Shown piece after piece: positions 1 to 10,596 of a DNA stretch of 60,339 nt. The stretch is from the NCBI GenBank assembly GCA_045646985.1, contig JAZRLV010000037.1:1-60339 (forward strand), in the 5' to 3' direction. The translations under genes and the position numbers were made by a program. The notes under the pieces were generated by a model. It had not been told where the DNA came from, did no database searches, and was given only the letters and a program-made list of their open reading frames with translations. The DNA comes from Clostridia bacterium. GTDB lineage: Bacteria > Bacillota > Clostridia > UMGS1883. Position 1 is the stretch's first letter; the number at the start of each line of letters is the position of its first letter.

Positions 1-514
1 CCTCGCTAAGACGCACCATTGCAACATCGTTGCGCTCCGCCCAAATTTCAAGCTGATCTGCCGCTGCCGCACGGAATGTATCCGCCGCCGCAAGCACAAC
101 CTTCTTTCCCTCGTTTTTCAATTTGCTTGTCAGCTTGCCGATTGTTGTAGTTTTACCTACGCCGTTTACACCGATTACAAGTATTACGGCAGGCTTTGTT
201 TCAAGATGCAGTTTGCAATCGTTCTTTGAGAGGATTTCTGATATTATACTCTTTAGCTCTTCTTTTGCTGCCTCTGCATCTGTAATGTGCTTATCTTTAA
301 CATTTTCACGAAGCTGCTCAACAATTTCGCACGACGTCTGACCGCCTATATCTGCCATGATAAGCGCCTCTTCAAGCTCGTCATACAAATCCTCGTCAAT
401 TTTTTTAAATACGGAGAAAACTCCGTCAATCTTTTCGTTAAAAGAATTTCTGGTTTTGCCGAGTCCTTCCTTAAGTCTTGCAAAAAGACCTTTCTTTTCA
501 TTGTTTGCTTCCAT
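1..514 (-). CDS. ftsY: Signal recognition particle receptor FtsY, N-terminal part (gene runs off the window edge)
   Basis: Minus-strand ORF open to position 1. Translation starts MEANNEKKGLFARLKEGLGKTRNSF... and contains the P-loop VIGVNGVGKTTTIGKL and AAADTFRAAA. AGGAGA RBS upstream of the ATG at 514. It sits directly downstream of smc, as in the conserved smc-ftsY arrangement. Confidence 0.85.
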   Translation of the reverse strand, partial: MEANNEKKGLFARLKEGLGKTRNSFNEKIDGVFSVFKKIDEDLYDELEEALIMADIGGQTSCEIVEQLRENVKDKHITDAEAAKEELKSIISEILSKNDCKLHLETKPAVILVIGVNGVGKTTTIGKLTSKLKNEGKKVVLAAADTFRAAAADQLEIWAERNDVAMVRLSE

Positions 515-525
515 ATTGTTTCTCC

Positions 526-3500
526 TTATTCTTCAAAGGCAACGTCCTCAAGTTTCATTGAAAGAAGTCTGCTGACACCACGCTCCTGCATAGTGACACC
601 ATAAAGCACGTCAGCCGCCTCCATTGTACCACGTCTGTGAGTAATAACGACAAACTGTGTGTTATTGCCATAGTTTCTGATATAGTCAGCAAATCTGTAT
701 ACGTTTTCGTCATCAAGCGCCGCCTCAATCTCATCAAGTACCAAGAATGGTGCAGGTGATACCTGAAGCAGTGCAAAAAGCAATGCTATAGCGGTAAGAG
801 CATGCTCACCACCCGAAAGCAGAGTAATACTCTGAAGCTTCTTTCCGGGGGGCTGAACCTCAATTTCTATCGGGCTTTCCAGTGTATCAAGGGGATTAAG
901 CAGCTTTACCTCTGCCTTTCCTCCGCCGAAAAGCTCCACAAAGCTCTTTCCGAAAAGCTTATTTATAACCTCAAATTTCTGGGCAAACTGCTCACGCATT
1001 ACATCCATCATTTCACCGATAAGCTTTTCAAGGTCAGCCTTTGCTTTTTCCATATCTGCAACCTGACTGCTTAAAAATTCATATCTGCCCTTAACTTCTT
1101 TATATTCTTCAATAGCATCAATATTAATATTACCAAGTGCTCTGATAGAATTCTTAAGCTGTGCAATCTTCTTTTGAGCATCAGCGAGCGAGCCTATGTC
1201 CTTCTTAAATTCAAGTGCAGTATTATAAGTAAGCTCATAATCGTCCCACAGGCGGTTTGCTGCGCTTTCAAGGTCATCATCAATTTTATTTTTCCTTGTT
1301 TCTATTCGCACAACCTCGCCCTGAAGCACGAGAATTTTTTCGTTAAGTGCTTTAATAGCTTCTCTAAGCTTTTCAAGCTCGCTGTCGCTGCCGCTTCTGC
1401 CTGATATATGCGTTTTTATTTCCTCACGCAGTGCTTCAATGACTATATTGCACTGATTCTGACGCATTTTATTATCCTCAATCTGCTTTTCAAGGCTTGC
1501 AATCATATCCTGTTCCCGGCTCTTTTCATCAAGCTTGTCCTTGTAATCCGATTGAGAATTCATTATGCTGCGTTTAACATCGTCAATACGCTGCTGCGCC
1601 ATCTCAACATCTTTTTGAGCACTGTTAATTTCCATTTTCTTATCGATGATTTTAACGGAGTGCTCTTCCCTTTTTATAGTCTGCTCACGAACTGCCTCCT
1701 GTTTAGTGCGCACAATCTCTTCTGCTTTTTTAATCAGCTCGTCAGAGCCTTCCAAAACTTCACGAAGCTTTTTCTTTGTTTCAACAGTATCAGTCTGTTG
1801 GGTGGATATCTGTGTTTTTTCATTACTAAGCTTTTCAAAGCGCTGCTGTGCCATTTCAAGCAAGCTCTGCTTCATATCTTTCTCGGCAGTTATTTTCATA
1901 AGCTTATTTTCGCTTTCTGAAAGCTTTTCACGAAGCTTCGCTTCATCATTACGGCTCTTTTCCGCAAATTCTGTAAGCTCATCTATCTCGTCTTCCAGTT
2001 TTTCTGTATCAGTACAAAGCTTATCACATTCAATATTAAGGCGTTCTATTTCGTCCTTTCTGCCAAGGAGTGCCTGCGCCTTATTAACACTACCGCCCGT
2101 TATACTTCCGCCCGGCTGCAAAAGCTCCCCCGAAAGGGTTACTATTTTAAATTTATAGTGTGTTGCCTTTGCAAGCTTTACGGCAGTATCCATATCTTCC
2201 ATTATTACCGTTCTTCCCAAAAGAGCCTCGATAACATTTGAAATGCTGCTGTCGCACTCTACAACATCACTTGCGATTGCAACTGCACCATCGTTTTTCA
2301 TTACACGGTCTTCGTTATCAAGCCGTCTGCCCTCCTGCGAGGATACGGGGAGAAACGTAACTCTGCCCATACGGTTTAACTTAAGAAATTCAATCGCCTT
2401 TTTTGCATCCTCTTCATCGCTGACAACGATATTCTGCATGGCATTTCCAAGTGCCGTTTCAACTGCCGTTGTATATTTCTTATCAACGTTAATCAGCTTG
2501 CTGAGTACACCTATAAGGTCGCCTTTGTATTTACCCTCGTCCTTTGCACGGAGCAAATCTCTTACACTGCGGGCATACCCCTCCAGTCCTTTTTCCATTT
2601 CCTCCAGCATTTTTCTGCGACCTTGCTTTTCGCCAAGCTTGGTTGACATTTCGTTATATTTTGTTTTAAGCTCGCCGCATCTGCGGTTTGCATCATGGTA
2701 GTTTTTATTTGCGTCAAAAACCTCGTCAGATAATTTATCAAACTTAGCTTGTGCCTCTGTTGCCTTTTGCTCAAGCTCGTTGCATTTTGCAGTAAGTCTG
2801 TTTATATCATCAGATGCCGCCGCTATATCAACTTCGATAGAAAAACGGCGTGTTTCAATGTTTTGTGTAATAAGGTCTATACTGTCAAGTCTTGACTGCG
2901 CCTCGCTCTTTTTCTGGCGAAGATTCAAAACCTCGTCCCTTGCGCTATCAAGTGCTTTCACTCTTCTAGATACTTCTTCGCCTATTATTCTGTCTGCGTT
3001 TTCAAGTTCTTCAAGCTCGTCTGCCATTTTAAGAAAACGATTATTTTCCGAGGACTTCTTTTCCTCAAGCTCTGTAAGCTGAGCTTTGTAGTCCTCTTCC
3101 TTTCTTGACCAGCCTGCAAGCTCTGTTTCGATACGCACAATATTAACCTTATGGTTTTCTATATTATTCTTTATAATTGCTCTTTCATTTTCTATAGCAG
3201 CATTATCATTTTCAAGCTTTGAAAGCCTTTCTCTCTGCCCGTCAATTTCAGAATCTGTTTCCTTGATTTCATTATAAAGCTTATCGCTCTTTTCATTGCT
3301 TTCTTCAAGATTAGCCTTAGCCTGTTCAAATTCACGTACAGCATTCTCATAAAGCTCATTCGTTTTTACTGCTTCTGCTTTTTTTACATCTGTAATTTCA
3401 AGAAGTGCGCTTACCTCAATACCCTTAAGCTCTTCCCGAAGGTCAAGATATTTCATAGCCTTTTCACTCTGACGGTGAAGCGGCTCTACTCTTTCTGTAA

Positions 3501-4092
3501 GCTCGCTCAAAATATCCCGCACACGAACAAGGTTATCCTCCGTATGCGAGAGCTTGCGCTCTGCCTCATTCTTTCTGTAACGGTACTTTGAAATTCCTGC
3601 CGCTTCTTCAAAAATCTGTCTGCGGTCATCACCCTTTGAAGATACTATTTCCGCTATTTTACCCTGTCCGACAATCGAATATCCGTCACGTCCGAGGCCT
3701 GTATCCATAAACAGCTCGTTTATATCTTTAAGACGGCAAGCTGTACGGTTTATCATATATTCGCTTTCACCGCTGCGAAAAACTCTTCTTGTTATTTCCA
3801 CCTCGTTATAATCACACGGGAGAAAGTGTGTAGAGTTATCAAGCACCAAAGAAACCTCCGCATAGCCAAGCGGCTTACGTTTCTGCGTACCTGCAAAAAT
3901 AACGTCCTCCATCTTTCCGCCACGCAGCGTTTTTGCGCTCTGCTCGCCCATAACCCATCTTACAGCATCGGAAATATTACTTTTACCGCTGCCGTTAGGT
4001 CCGACGATTGCAGTAACGCCCTGGTGAACTTCAATAACAGTTTTTTCAGCAAATGACTTAAAGCCCTGAAGCTCTATTCTTTTAAGGTACAT
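526..4092 (-). CDS. smc: Chromosome partition protein SMC
   Basis: N-terminal Walker A (GPNGSGKSN), long coiled-coil arms, hinge (GRVTFLP), and C-terminal signature LSGGE plus Walker B (LVLDEIEAALD). I prefer the start at MYLKRIELQGFKSF (ATG 4092, GAAGGTGA RBS) over the upstream ATG at 4113. Confidence 0.95.
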   Translation of the reverse strand: MYLKRIELQGFKSFAEKTVIEVHQGVTAIVGPNGSGKSNISDAVRWVMGEQSAKTLRGGKMEDVIFAGTQKRKPLGYAEVSLVLDNSTHFLPCDYNEVEITRRVFRSGESEYMINRTACRLKDINELFMDTGLGRDGYSIVGQGKIAEIVSSKGDDRRQIFEEAAGISKYRYRKNEAERKLSHTEDNLVRVRDILSELTERVEPLHRQSEKAMKYLDLREELKGIEVSALLEITDVKKAEAVKTNELYENAVREFEQAKANLEESNEKSDKLYNEIKETDSEIDGQRERLSKLENDNAAIENERAIIKNNIENHKVNIVRIETELAGWSRKEEDYKAQLTELEEKKSSENNRFLKMADELEELENADRIIGEEVSRRVKALDSARDEVLNLRQKKSEAQSRLDSIDLITQNIETRRFSIEVDIAAASDDINRLTAKCNELEQKATEAQAKFDKLSDEVFDANKNYHDANRRCGELKTKYNEMSTKLGEKQGRRKMLEEMEKGLEGYARSVRDLLRAKDEGKYKGDLIGVLSKLINVDKKYTTAVETALGNAMQNIVVSDEEDAKKAIEFLKLNRMGRVTFLPVSSQEGRRLDNEDRVMKNDGAVAIASDVVECDSSISNVIEALLGRTVIMEDMDTAVKLAKATHYKFKIVTLSGELLQPGGSITGGSVNKAQALLGRKDEIERLNIECDKLCTDTEKLEDEIDELTEFAEKSRNDEAKLREKLSESENKLMKITAEKDMKQSLLEMAQQRFEKLSNEKTQISTQQTDTVETKKKLREVLEGSDELIKKAEEIVRTKQEAVREQTIKREEHSVKIIDKKMEINSAQKDVEMAQQRIDDVKRSIMNSQSDYKDKLDEKSREQDMIASLEKQIEDNKMRQNQCNIVIEALREEIKTHISGRSGSDSELEKLREAIKALNEKILVLQGEVVRIETRKNKIDDDLESAANRLWDDYELTYNTALEFKKDIGSLADAQKKIAQLKNSIRALGNINIDAIEEYKEVKGRYEFLSSQVADMEKAKADLEKLIGEMMDVMREQFAQKFEVINKLFGKSFVELFGGGKAEVKLLNPLDTLESPIEIEVQPPGKKLQSITLLSGGEHALTAIALLFALLQVSPAPFLVLDEIEAALDDENVYRFADYIRNYGNNTQFVVITHRRGTMEAADVLYGVTMQERGVSRLLSMKLEDVAFEE

Positions 4093-4188
4093 ATAATCAC
4101 CTTCTTTTTCCAATCATACTAAATAATAATATCATATTCTATGTAATTAATCAAGTTTTTTGGAAGCATTTTTTCCTATTCCCTCAAA

Positions 4189-4228
4189 AAGGAGCTGCAA
4201 AAAAACTAGGTTTTTTTTGCAGCTCCTT
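4189..4228 (-). terminator. Rho-independent terminator downstream of the amidase gene
   Basis: AAGGAGCTGCAAAAAAA / TTTTTTTGCAGCTCCTT stem of about 17 bp, followed by a T-run on the minus strand. Confidence 0.6.
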
Positions 4229-4238
4229 GAATCGTTTT

Positions 4239-5990
4239 TCATTCACCGAGAGTTTCCATGATTCCCTGTGTTATGGCATCTGCCATTGTTTCCTGTCCTT
4301 GTTTACTAAGAAGATAGTTTCTGTCTTTTTCATTGCTTATAAAGGCGGTTTCCACCAATACTGCCGGACAAGTTGTTGTACGTATTACATAAAGGTGGGA
4401 GCCGTTTTGTGTTTCTTTCGGGGAAAGACCCGTCATTTCAACCATTTTATCATAAATATTTTCAGCAAGCACTGTGCCGATTTCAGATGCGGGGTGATAA
4501 TATACCTGTGTTCCGTTTATCTGTGCATTTTCTATAGAATTACAATGTATACTTACAAACAAATCGCATCCACTCTCATTTGTAAGGTCGCTTCTTTCTT
4601 TTAACGATATATAATTATCCTTATTTCTTGTATATATAACCTTTACACCCTGTGCCTGTAGCTTTTCTCCGACAAGAAGCGCTATCGAAAGATTAATATG
4701 ACTTTCATAAGCCACAGCTTTTCCCGAAGAATTATATCCTACAGCGCCGGGGTCATCGCCACCGTGTCCTGCGTCAATTACTACTGTTTTTACGCCGTCG
4801 TCATTTTCAGGAAGTGTTGGCTTTTCATTTTCAATATTTCCGTCAGCTTTGTAAAAGCCTTTTTCAGCGGTATATCTTAATTTATTGCTTCCGTCAACAG
4901 TAACTGTGCAGCCGCTTAGTGCATTTGAAATAATAATCTCATATATAATTCCGTCGTGTATTTCAATCTTCTGATTCTTAAGTTTCAGATTTGTAAATGT
5001 TACACTATAGCCGTTAGCCACCGATTTACCGCTGCCCGCATATGTCTTATCAAAATACACTCTCTTTGAAAAGGCATCGTATATTATTGCTTCGTTTTCT
5101 GATTTTTCACTGCGAATCATTATTCCCTTTTCGCTTGACATAACCATTACCTGTGTTTTTTCCGATATATCCAAAACAAGGCGTGCGTGTGTAGTGTGAT
5201 TTGAATAACGAACTGTGTCAACACTGTTTCCGTCAAGGCGAAGTGTTGCCCCCGCACTCATAAATGAAGCTGACGGGAAGTCAAACACAATTCTGTCAGG
5301 GTCCTTATATCTTGTAACCGTTGGTGATATGCCGTAGCGTGTGCTGATATATATATAGTCATAACGACTATCAGACTCTGCCGTTACCTTTCCAAAAACA
5401 CCTTTTTCCTCCGGAATAACCTCTTCTTCATCAGGAACGGTGCTTCCGATTATTTCTGATATGTCATTTTCATCCTCATATATCGAAACTGTACGGGTAG
5501 CATTATCCCATTTTACCTGAAAACCAAGCTTTTCCGCAATAAAACGAACAGGAACCATTGATTTAAGTACATTTTCACTCGTACCGATAAGCATAGGAAG
5601 TGGCTGCGGCTCTTCTATTTTAACTAATTCGCCGTTAATATAAGTATTTCTGTCCCCTATTTTCACAAATATTGAAACACCGTTGTCTACAATCTCCACC
5701 TGACACGTATCGTCATGCCAGATAATACTGCTTCCAAGCGCCTCAAACACCTCACGAACAGGAACCATTGTATAATCATCTATAATTACAGGCTGCATCG
5801 GTAAATCCTTAAGCATTTTTCCGTTAATCTTAAGCCCGATTTCGCCGCCCTCGTAATCATGGTAAGAATCATTATAATAAAGCTGTGCCGCATTTATGTT
5901 AATAAATGCAACTAACATAATTAAAATCAATGTCACCCAAAATATTGTTTTTTTCACGGTTGCACCTCTTTTCAGGACAATATTCGACAT
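4239..5990 (-). CDS. N-acetylmuramoyl-L-alanine amidase (Amidase_3) with N-terminal copper-amine-oxidase-like repeats and an AMIN-like domain
   Basis: C-terminal VVIDAGHGGDDPGAVG...FVSIHCNS...VLVETAFISN is typical of Amidase_3. N-terminal TM/signal segment. Two MVPVR..E.LG repeats of the Cu_amine_oxidN1 type. Confidence 0.85.
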   Translation of the reverse strand: MSNIVLKRGATVKKTIFWVTLILIMLVAFININAAQLYYNDSYHDYEGGEIGLKINGKMLKDLPMQPVIIDDYTMVPVREVFEALGSSIIWHDDTCQVEIVDNGVSIFVKIGDRNTYINGELVKIEEPQPLPMLIGTSENVLKSMVPVRFIAEKLGFQVKWDNATRTVSIYEDENDISEIIGSTVPDEEEVIPEEKGVFGKVTAESDSRYDYIYISTRYGISPTVTRYKDPDRIVFDFPSASFMSAGATLRLDGNSVDTVRYSNHTTHARLVLDISEKTQVMVMSSEKGIMIRSEKSENEAIIYDAFSKRVYFDKTYAGSGKSVANGYSVTFTNLKLKNQKIEIHDGIIYEIIISNALSGCTVTVDGSNKLRYTAEKGFYKADGNIENEKPTLPENDDGVKTVVIDAGHGGDDPGAVGYNSSGKAVAYESHINLSIALLVGEKLQAQGVKVIYTRNKDNYISLKERSDLTNESGCDLFVSIHCNSIENAQINGTQVYYHPASEIGTVLAENIYDKMVEMTGLSPKETQNGSHLYVIRTTTCPAVLVETAFISNEKDRNYLLSKQGQETMADAITQGIMETLGE

Positions 5991-6044
5991 TTATGGGTAA
6001 AATCCTACCCTTTCCTACTATTTGTAACACATTTGTAATATATT

Positions 6045-7079
6045 TTATTCCCAGGCTATTTGATTGCTGTTTTTCCCCTGTGGCATTGGTATTTTATAGT
6101 GCTCATAAGCACTTCTTGTTACACATCTTCCTCTGGGAGTTCTGTTAATAAAGCCAAGCTGTAACAAATAAGGCTCATAAACATCTTCAATCGTAGAGGA
6201 ATCCTCGCCTATTGTAGCGGCAAGGGTATCAAGACCTACAGGTCCTCCGCCAAAATTTGTTATTATTGAGGTTATCATTTTCTTATCAGTTGCATCAAGA
6301 CCGAGAGCGTCAATTTCAAGCATATTCAGGGCTTTGTCGGCAACCTCTTTTGTAATTGTACCATCAGCACAAACCTGTGCAAAGTCACGCACACGGCGCA
6401 AAAGACGGTTCGCAATTCTCGGTGTTCCTCTTGAACGTGACGCAATTTCAGCTGCACCCTCTTGTGCTATATCCACATTCATAATCTGCGCACTGCGGGT
6501 AACAATCGTTGCAAGCTCGTCATTTGTATATAGCTCGAGTCTTGAAATAACACCGAATCTGTCACGAAGCGGTGCTGATAGTAAACCCGCTCTCGTCGTT
6601 GCACCTACAAGTGTAAAGGGTGGCAAACTAAGACGAACAGACTGCGCACTTGGTCCTTTTCCGATAATTATGTCAAGCGAAAAATCCTCCATAGCAGGAT
6701 ATAATATTTCTTCAACTGCACGTGAAAGACGATGTATTTCATCAATAAACAAAACGTCCTGCGGACCCAAATTTGTAAGGATTGCAGCTAAATCCATAGG
6801 CTTTTCAATGGCAGGTCCGCTTGTTACACGGATATTTACACCCATCTCATTTGCAATAATCGAGGCAAGCGTTGTCTTACCAAGTCCCGGGGGGCCGTAA
6901 AGCAAGCAATGGTCAAGTGCCTCTCGTCGCTGCAATGCCGCATCAATATATATCTTCAAGCTTTCTTTAACCTTTTCCTGACCGATATATTCGTCCATGC
7001 TTTTAGGTCTGATAGAAAATTCTGTTTCACTGTCGCCGTCAAGCTGACGGGAGGATATAATGCGTTCATCAAATTCCAT
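6045..7079 (-). CDS. ruvB: Holliday junction branch migration helicase RuvB
   Basis: [14 protein letters not shown] Walker A, DEIHRL Walker B, and the RuvB C-terminal winged helix ([17 protein letters not shown]). Confidence 0.97.
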   Translation of the reverse strand: MEFDERIISSRQLDGDSETEFSIRPKSMDEYIGQEKVKESLKIYIDAALQRREALDHCLLYGPPGLGKTTLASIIANEMGVNIRVTSGPAIEKPMDLAAILTNLGPQDVLFIDEIHRLSRAVEEILYPAMEDFSLDIIIGKGPSAQSVRLSLPPFTLVGATTRAGLLSAPLRDRFGVISRLELYTNDELATIVTRSAQIMNVDIAQEGAAEIASRSRGTPRIANRLLRRVRDFAQVCADGTITKEVADKALNMLEIDALGLDATDKKMITSIITNFGGGPVGLDTLAATIGEDSSTIEDVYEPYLLQLGFINRTPRGRCVTRSAYEHYKIPMPQGKNSNQIAWE

Positions 7080-7671
7080 TTGACATTCTCCTTAAAGCTT
7101 CTTTGATAATATCTTCTGTGCTCATTCCATCTGCATTAATCTGCATAACCGTCTTTTGCGCTTCGGAGGGTGATGCCCCAAGTGCGATAAGTGCATTTAC
7201 AGCACCCGTATCCGAGCGCACCCCTGATTGAACAGGGCGTGCACCGATGCTGCTTCCTACCGCTTCCTGTGTGTCAATTTTACCCTTAAGCTCCAATATA
7301 ACACGCTGCGCCATTTTTGTTCCGACGCCCGGGGCACGTGTGATTGCCTTCACGTCCTCGCTTATTATAGCAAATGCCAAATCCTGTACAGATAATGTAC
7401 CCAGTATTGCAAGCGCTGCTTTAGGACCTATTCCCGAAATTGAAATAAGGCGATTAAAATATGTCATCTGCTCGCTCGTTAAAAATCCATACATTTCAGG
7501 CTGCTCGTCCCTTATCTGAAAATATGTATTTACTGTTATATTTTCACCGACAGAGCCAACCCGTGCAATATCCGATGATGGCATGCTTACCGAAAAACCA
7601 ATTCCGCCTACATCTATCACAACACCGTTTTCAGTCTTTGCTGCAATTATTCCCTTTAAAAAAGAAATCAT
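7069..7671 (-). CDS. ruvA: Holliday junction DNA-binding protein RuvA
   Basis: MISFLKG..., a GIGPK helix-hairpin-helix motif and overlapping stop/start with ruvB. Confidence 0.95.
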   Translation of the reverse strand: MISFLKGIIAAKTENGVVIDVGGIGFSVSMPSSDIARVGSVGENITVNTYFQIRDEQPEMYGFLTSEQMTYFNRLISISGIGPKAALAILGTLSVQDLAFAIISEDVKAITRAPGVGTKMAQRVILELKGKIDTQEAVGSSIGARPVQSGVRSDTGAVNALIALGASPSEAQKTVMQINADGMSTEDIIKEALRRMSNGI

Positions 7672-8174
7672 AGCCGAATTCCTCCGTAATTTTTAATTGA
7701 GTTAAACGCCATACTGTTTCCATGACAAACAGCAATCGCCAATGCATCCGCCACATCGTCTGGCTTTGGCACACTACTAAGGCCAAGCATAGATTTCATC
7801 ATCTGTTGAATCTGCGCTTTTCCCGCACGTCCGTAGCCTGTAAGCGCCTGCTTAACCTGAAGAGGGGTATATTCACAAACAGGCAGATTATTCTGCACCG
7901 CCGCAAGAATTATAACACCCCTTGCCTGTCCTACAGTAAGTGCCGTTTTTGCATTGTTATTGAAAAACAGCTCCTCTATACTCATTACATCAGGCTTATA
8001 AAGCTTTATTATCTCACAAATTCCGTCATACACTATTTTTAATCTTTCCTCAAGCGGTGTATGCGCCCGTGTAGTAACTGCATCGTATGCAACGGTTTTG
8101 TATCTGTTACCTTCCTTATCAACAACTCCGTAGCCTACGATTGCAATTCCCGGGTCTATTCCAAGTATCCGCAT
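7668..8174 (-). CDS. ruvC: Crossover junction endodeoxyribonuclease RuvC
   Basis: MRILGIDPG start with the catalytic Asp, and 4-nt overlap with ruvA. I prefer the start at ATG 8174 over 8207. Confidence 0.92.
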   Translation of the reverse strand: MRILGIDPGIAIVGYGVVDKEGNRYKTVAYDAVTTRAHTPLEERLKIVYDGICEIIKLYKPDVMSIEELFFNNNAKTALTVGQARGVIILAAVQNNLPVCEYTPLQVKQALTGYGRAGKAQIQQMMKSMLGLSSVPKPDDVADALAIAVCHGNSMAFNSIKNYGGIRL

Positions 8175-8178
8175 TTTA

Positions 8179-9405
8179 TCACTCTGCTTTCTTTCTGAGC
8201 ATAGCATCCTTAACCACAGGCTTATCCATTTTTATATACAAGGTCATTGCCGCATGGTTAGCAACATCAATATCTTCCATGTTTTCGTTTTTAATAACTT
8301 CTGCCTTTTGCACAAAATAGTCTTGCATAGGCTGAATAACCTCTATTTCGTCGCCCTTAAAGAATCTGTTGCGCTGCGTCACCTTTGCAAGACCTGTTTT
8401 TTCATCGTAATCAAGGACTATTCCCACAATATCACATTCTCTTATATACGAGCTTGAGCCGTAAATCTGTGCCCCCGTATCGGGAATACCGAAAAAGAAG
8501 CCTGTATAATAATCACGGTGGCTGACTTTTTTCACTTCGTCAAGCCACATAGGATTAAACTCGTACTTTTGCGGATTTTCATAATATGCATCAATAGCTT
8601 TTCTGTATGCACCTACAATAGTAGCAACATAGTATTCACTCTTTACCCTGCCCTCGATTTTAAGCGAGCTGACACCACTTGCAATAAGCTCGGGAATATG
8701 CTCAATCATGCATAAATCCTTTGAATTCATTATGAATGTTCCACGCTCGTTCTCAAATACGGGCATATATTCACCGGGGCGTCTTTCTTCCATAAGGGCA
8801 TAATTCCATCTGCAAGGGTGGCTGCACGCACCGTAATTGCTGTCACGTGCGGTCATATAATTGCTTAAAAGGCATCTTCCCGAATATGAAACACACATTG
8901 CGCCGTGCATAAACACCTCAAGCTCACATTCCTTGCTGATATTATCTTTAATTTCACGTGCTTCTTCAAGCGTCATTTCACGTGCCAGTACCACTCTTTT
9001 TGCGCCCATAGCGTGCCACGACTGTACGGTAGCGTAGTTTGTGTTATTAGCCTGTGTGCTGATATGGATTTCAAGATTGGGTGCTGCTTTTTTGCAAAGA
9101 TTAAAAGCACCTAAATCAGATACTAAAACAGCATCTGCCCCCAATTCATATATTTCTTTGAAATACTTCTCCATTTTATCAAGGTCACGGTTATGCGGAA
9201 TAATGTTTGCGGTTATATAAACCTTTTTCCCCATTTGGTGGGCATATTCAATACCCTCTTTCATTTCTTCGGGGGTAAAATTATCCGCAGCAGTTCTCAG
9301 CGAGAACGCCTCACCGCCTATGTATACAGCATCTGCGCCATATTTGAGTGCTATTTTAAGTTTGTATAAATTTCCGGCAGGTGCCAGAAGCTCAACCTTT
9401 TGCAT
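8179..9405 (-). CDS. Peptidase U32 family protein (YrrO/TrhP-like, tRNA U34 hydroxylation family)
   Basis: ELLAPAGN...AV.GADAVY and the Cys-rich core (CVSYSGRCLLSNY...CSHPCRW) are typical of U32. It is adjacent to a YrrM-type O-methyltransferase, as in Bacillus yrrMNO. Confidence 0.8.
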   Translation of the reverse strand: MQKVELLAPAGNLYKLKIALKYGADAVYIGGEAFSLRTAADNFTPEEMKEGIEYAHQMGKKVYITANIIPHNRDLDKMEKYFKEIYELGADAVLVSDLGAFNLCKKAAPNLEIHISTQANNTNYATVQSWHAMGAKRVVLAREMTLEEAREIKDNISKECELEVFMHGAMCVSYSGRCLLSNYMTARDSNYGACSHPCRWNYALMEERRPGEYMPVFENERGTFIMNSKDLCMIEHIPELIASGVSSLKIEGRVKSEYYVATIVGAYRKAIDAYYENPQKYEFNPMWLDEVKKVSHRDYYTGFFFGIPDTGAQIYGSSSYIRECDIVGIVLDYDEKTGLAKVTQRNRFFKGDEIEVIQPMQDYFVQKAEVIKNENMEDIDVANHAAMTLYIKMDKPVVKDAMLRKKAE

Positions 9406-9406
9406 A

Positions 9407-10051
9407 TTATTTTCCTTTCGCATCATTTTTAACAGACAGCGCTACGCCGTCACCAATCGGTATTATAGAGGTTGTCAGGGAAGGATTTTTCATTATTTCT
9501 TCAAGATACATTCTTAATCTTTTCACAATAGTAACTTTTCTGTGTTCTACCTTTTCCTCGTCCTCAACCATACCCTTGTATAATATGTTATCTGACAGCA
9601 ATACACCGCCCGGGTTCAGGAGCCTTAATATATTTGGCAAAAATTCTATATACTGCCCTTTAGCCGCATCTAAAAATACAAAATCGAATCCCCCGTCAAG
9701 CCAGCCCAGCACCTCTGCCGCCTCACCCTCAATGACACGGATTTTCTTTTCATACCCTGATGCAAACACATTATCAATGGCAATATCTGCATGTTTTTTA
9801 TATCGCTCAATCGTAACGATAGAACTGTCTTTTGGCAGATTATCCGCCATAAGTATTGCACTGTAGCCAACCGCAGTTCCGATTTCAAGAACACGATGCG
9901 GTTTTATTTTTTTAAGCAGTGTTACTATAAGCTGCTCTGTAGATTTTTGAACAATCGGCGCATAGCTTTCCTCAAGTGCCGACTTTTTGCGCAGTTGCTC
10001 TAAAAATGGGCTGCGCTGAGGTATTAATGAATCTAAAAATTCCTGTTGCAT
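9407..10051 (-). CDS. Class I SAM-dependent O-methyltransferase (YrrM/TrmR-like)
   Basis: VLEIGTAVGYS SAM-binding motif, DFVFLDAAK, and a size of about 214 aa. Position is immediately upstream of the U32 gene. Confidence 0.75.
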   Translation of the reverse strand: MQQEFLDSLIPQRSPFLEQLRKKSALEESYAPIVQKSTEQLIVTLLKKIKPHRVLEIGTAVGYSAILMADNLPKDSSIVTIERYKKHADIAIDNVFASGYEKKIRVIEGEAAEVLGWLDGGFDFVFLDAAKGQYIEFLPNILRLLNPGGVLLSDNILYKGMVEDEEKVEHRKVTIVKRLRMYLEEIMKNPSLTTSIIPIGDGVALSVKNDAKGK

Positions 10052-10059
10052 AATTCACC

Positions 10060-10596
10060 TTAATACTGTATTTGTTCTTTAATGCGTTTCGTTGTTTCAC
10101 TTCCGCACAACGAAGCTGTTATTTCAAAACCGAATTTATATGCTGACCCCATACCGTCAGAGGTTATAAAGTTATCACACTTTACAACCGATTGTTTGAT
10201 ATAGTTACCGCCTGTAAACGTATCCTCAAAGCCGGGGTAGCATGTTGCATCTTTTCCGCACAGAAGCCCCATTTTCCCCAGTATTGACGGAGCTGCACAA
10301 ATCGCACAAATCAGCTTTTTATTATCGTTTGCATACGTTATAAGCTCTTTAACCGTATCATTCTTATCCATGTTTTCCGTACCGCCTAAGCCACCGGGAA
10401 GGATAAGTGCCTCTATAGCATTTTTATCAACGTCACAAAGCTCTATATCTGCCTTTACTGTTATGTCATGCGCCCCTGTAACATACTCCCCCGTCACACC
10501 GACAGTTTTAACATCGAGTGATACACGGCGCAAAATATCAAGCGGTGCAAGTGCCTCTACCTCTTCAAATCCGTCAGCAAGAAACATATAAATCAT
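10060..10596 (-). CDS. DJ-1/PfpI family protein
   Basis: LILPGG... and the nucleophile-elbow ICAICAAPSILG. I prefer the start at ATG 10596 (GGGAGGA RBS). Confidence 0.8.
   Translation of the reverse strand: MIYMFLADGFEEVEALAPLDILRRVSLDVKTVGVTGEYVTGAHDITVKADIELCDVDKNAIEALILPGGLGGTENMDKNDTVKELITYANDNKKLICAICAAPSILGKMGLLCGKDATCYPGFEDTFTGGNYIKQSVVKCDNFITSDGMGSAYKFGFEITASLCGSETTKRIKEQIQY

Noticed and set aside
802-3082. Multiple plus-strand ORFs of 90 to 170 aa inside smc.
   Set aside because: They are antisense to a full-length, motif-complete SMC gene. The low-complexity Ser/Phe/Leu-rich translations are typical of the reverse frame of coiled-coil (Glu/Lys/Leu-rich) coding sequence.
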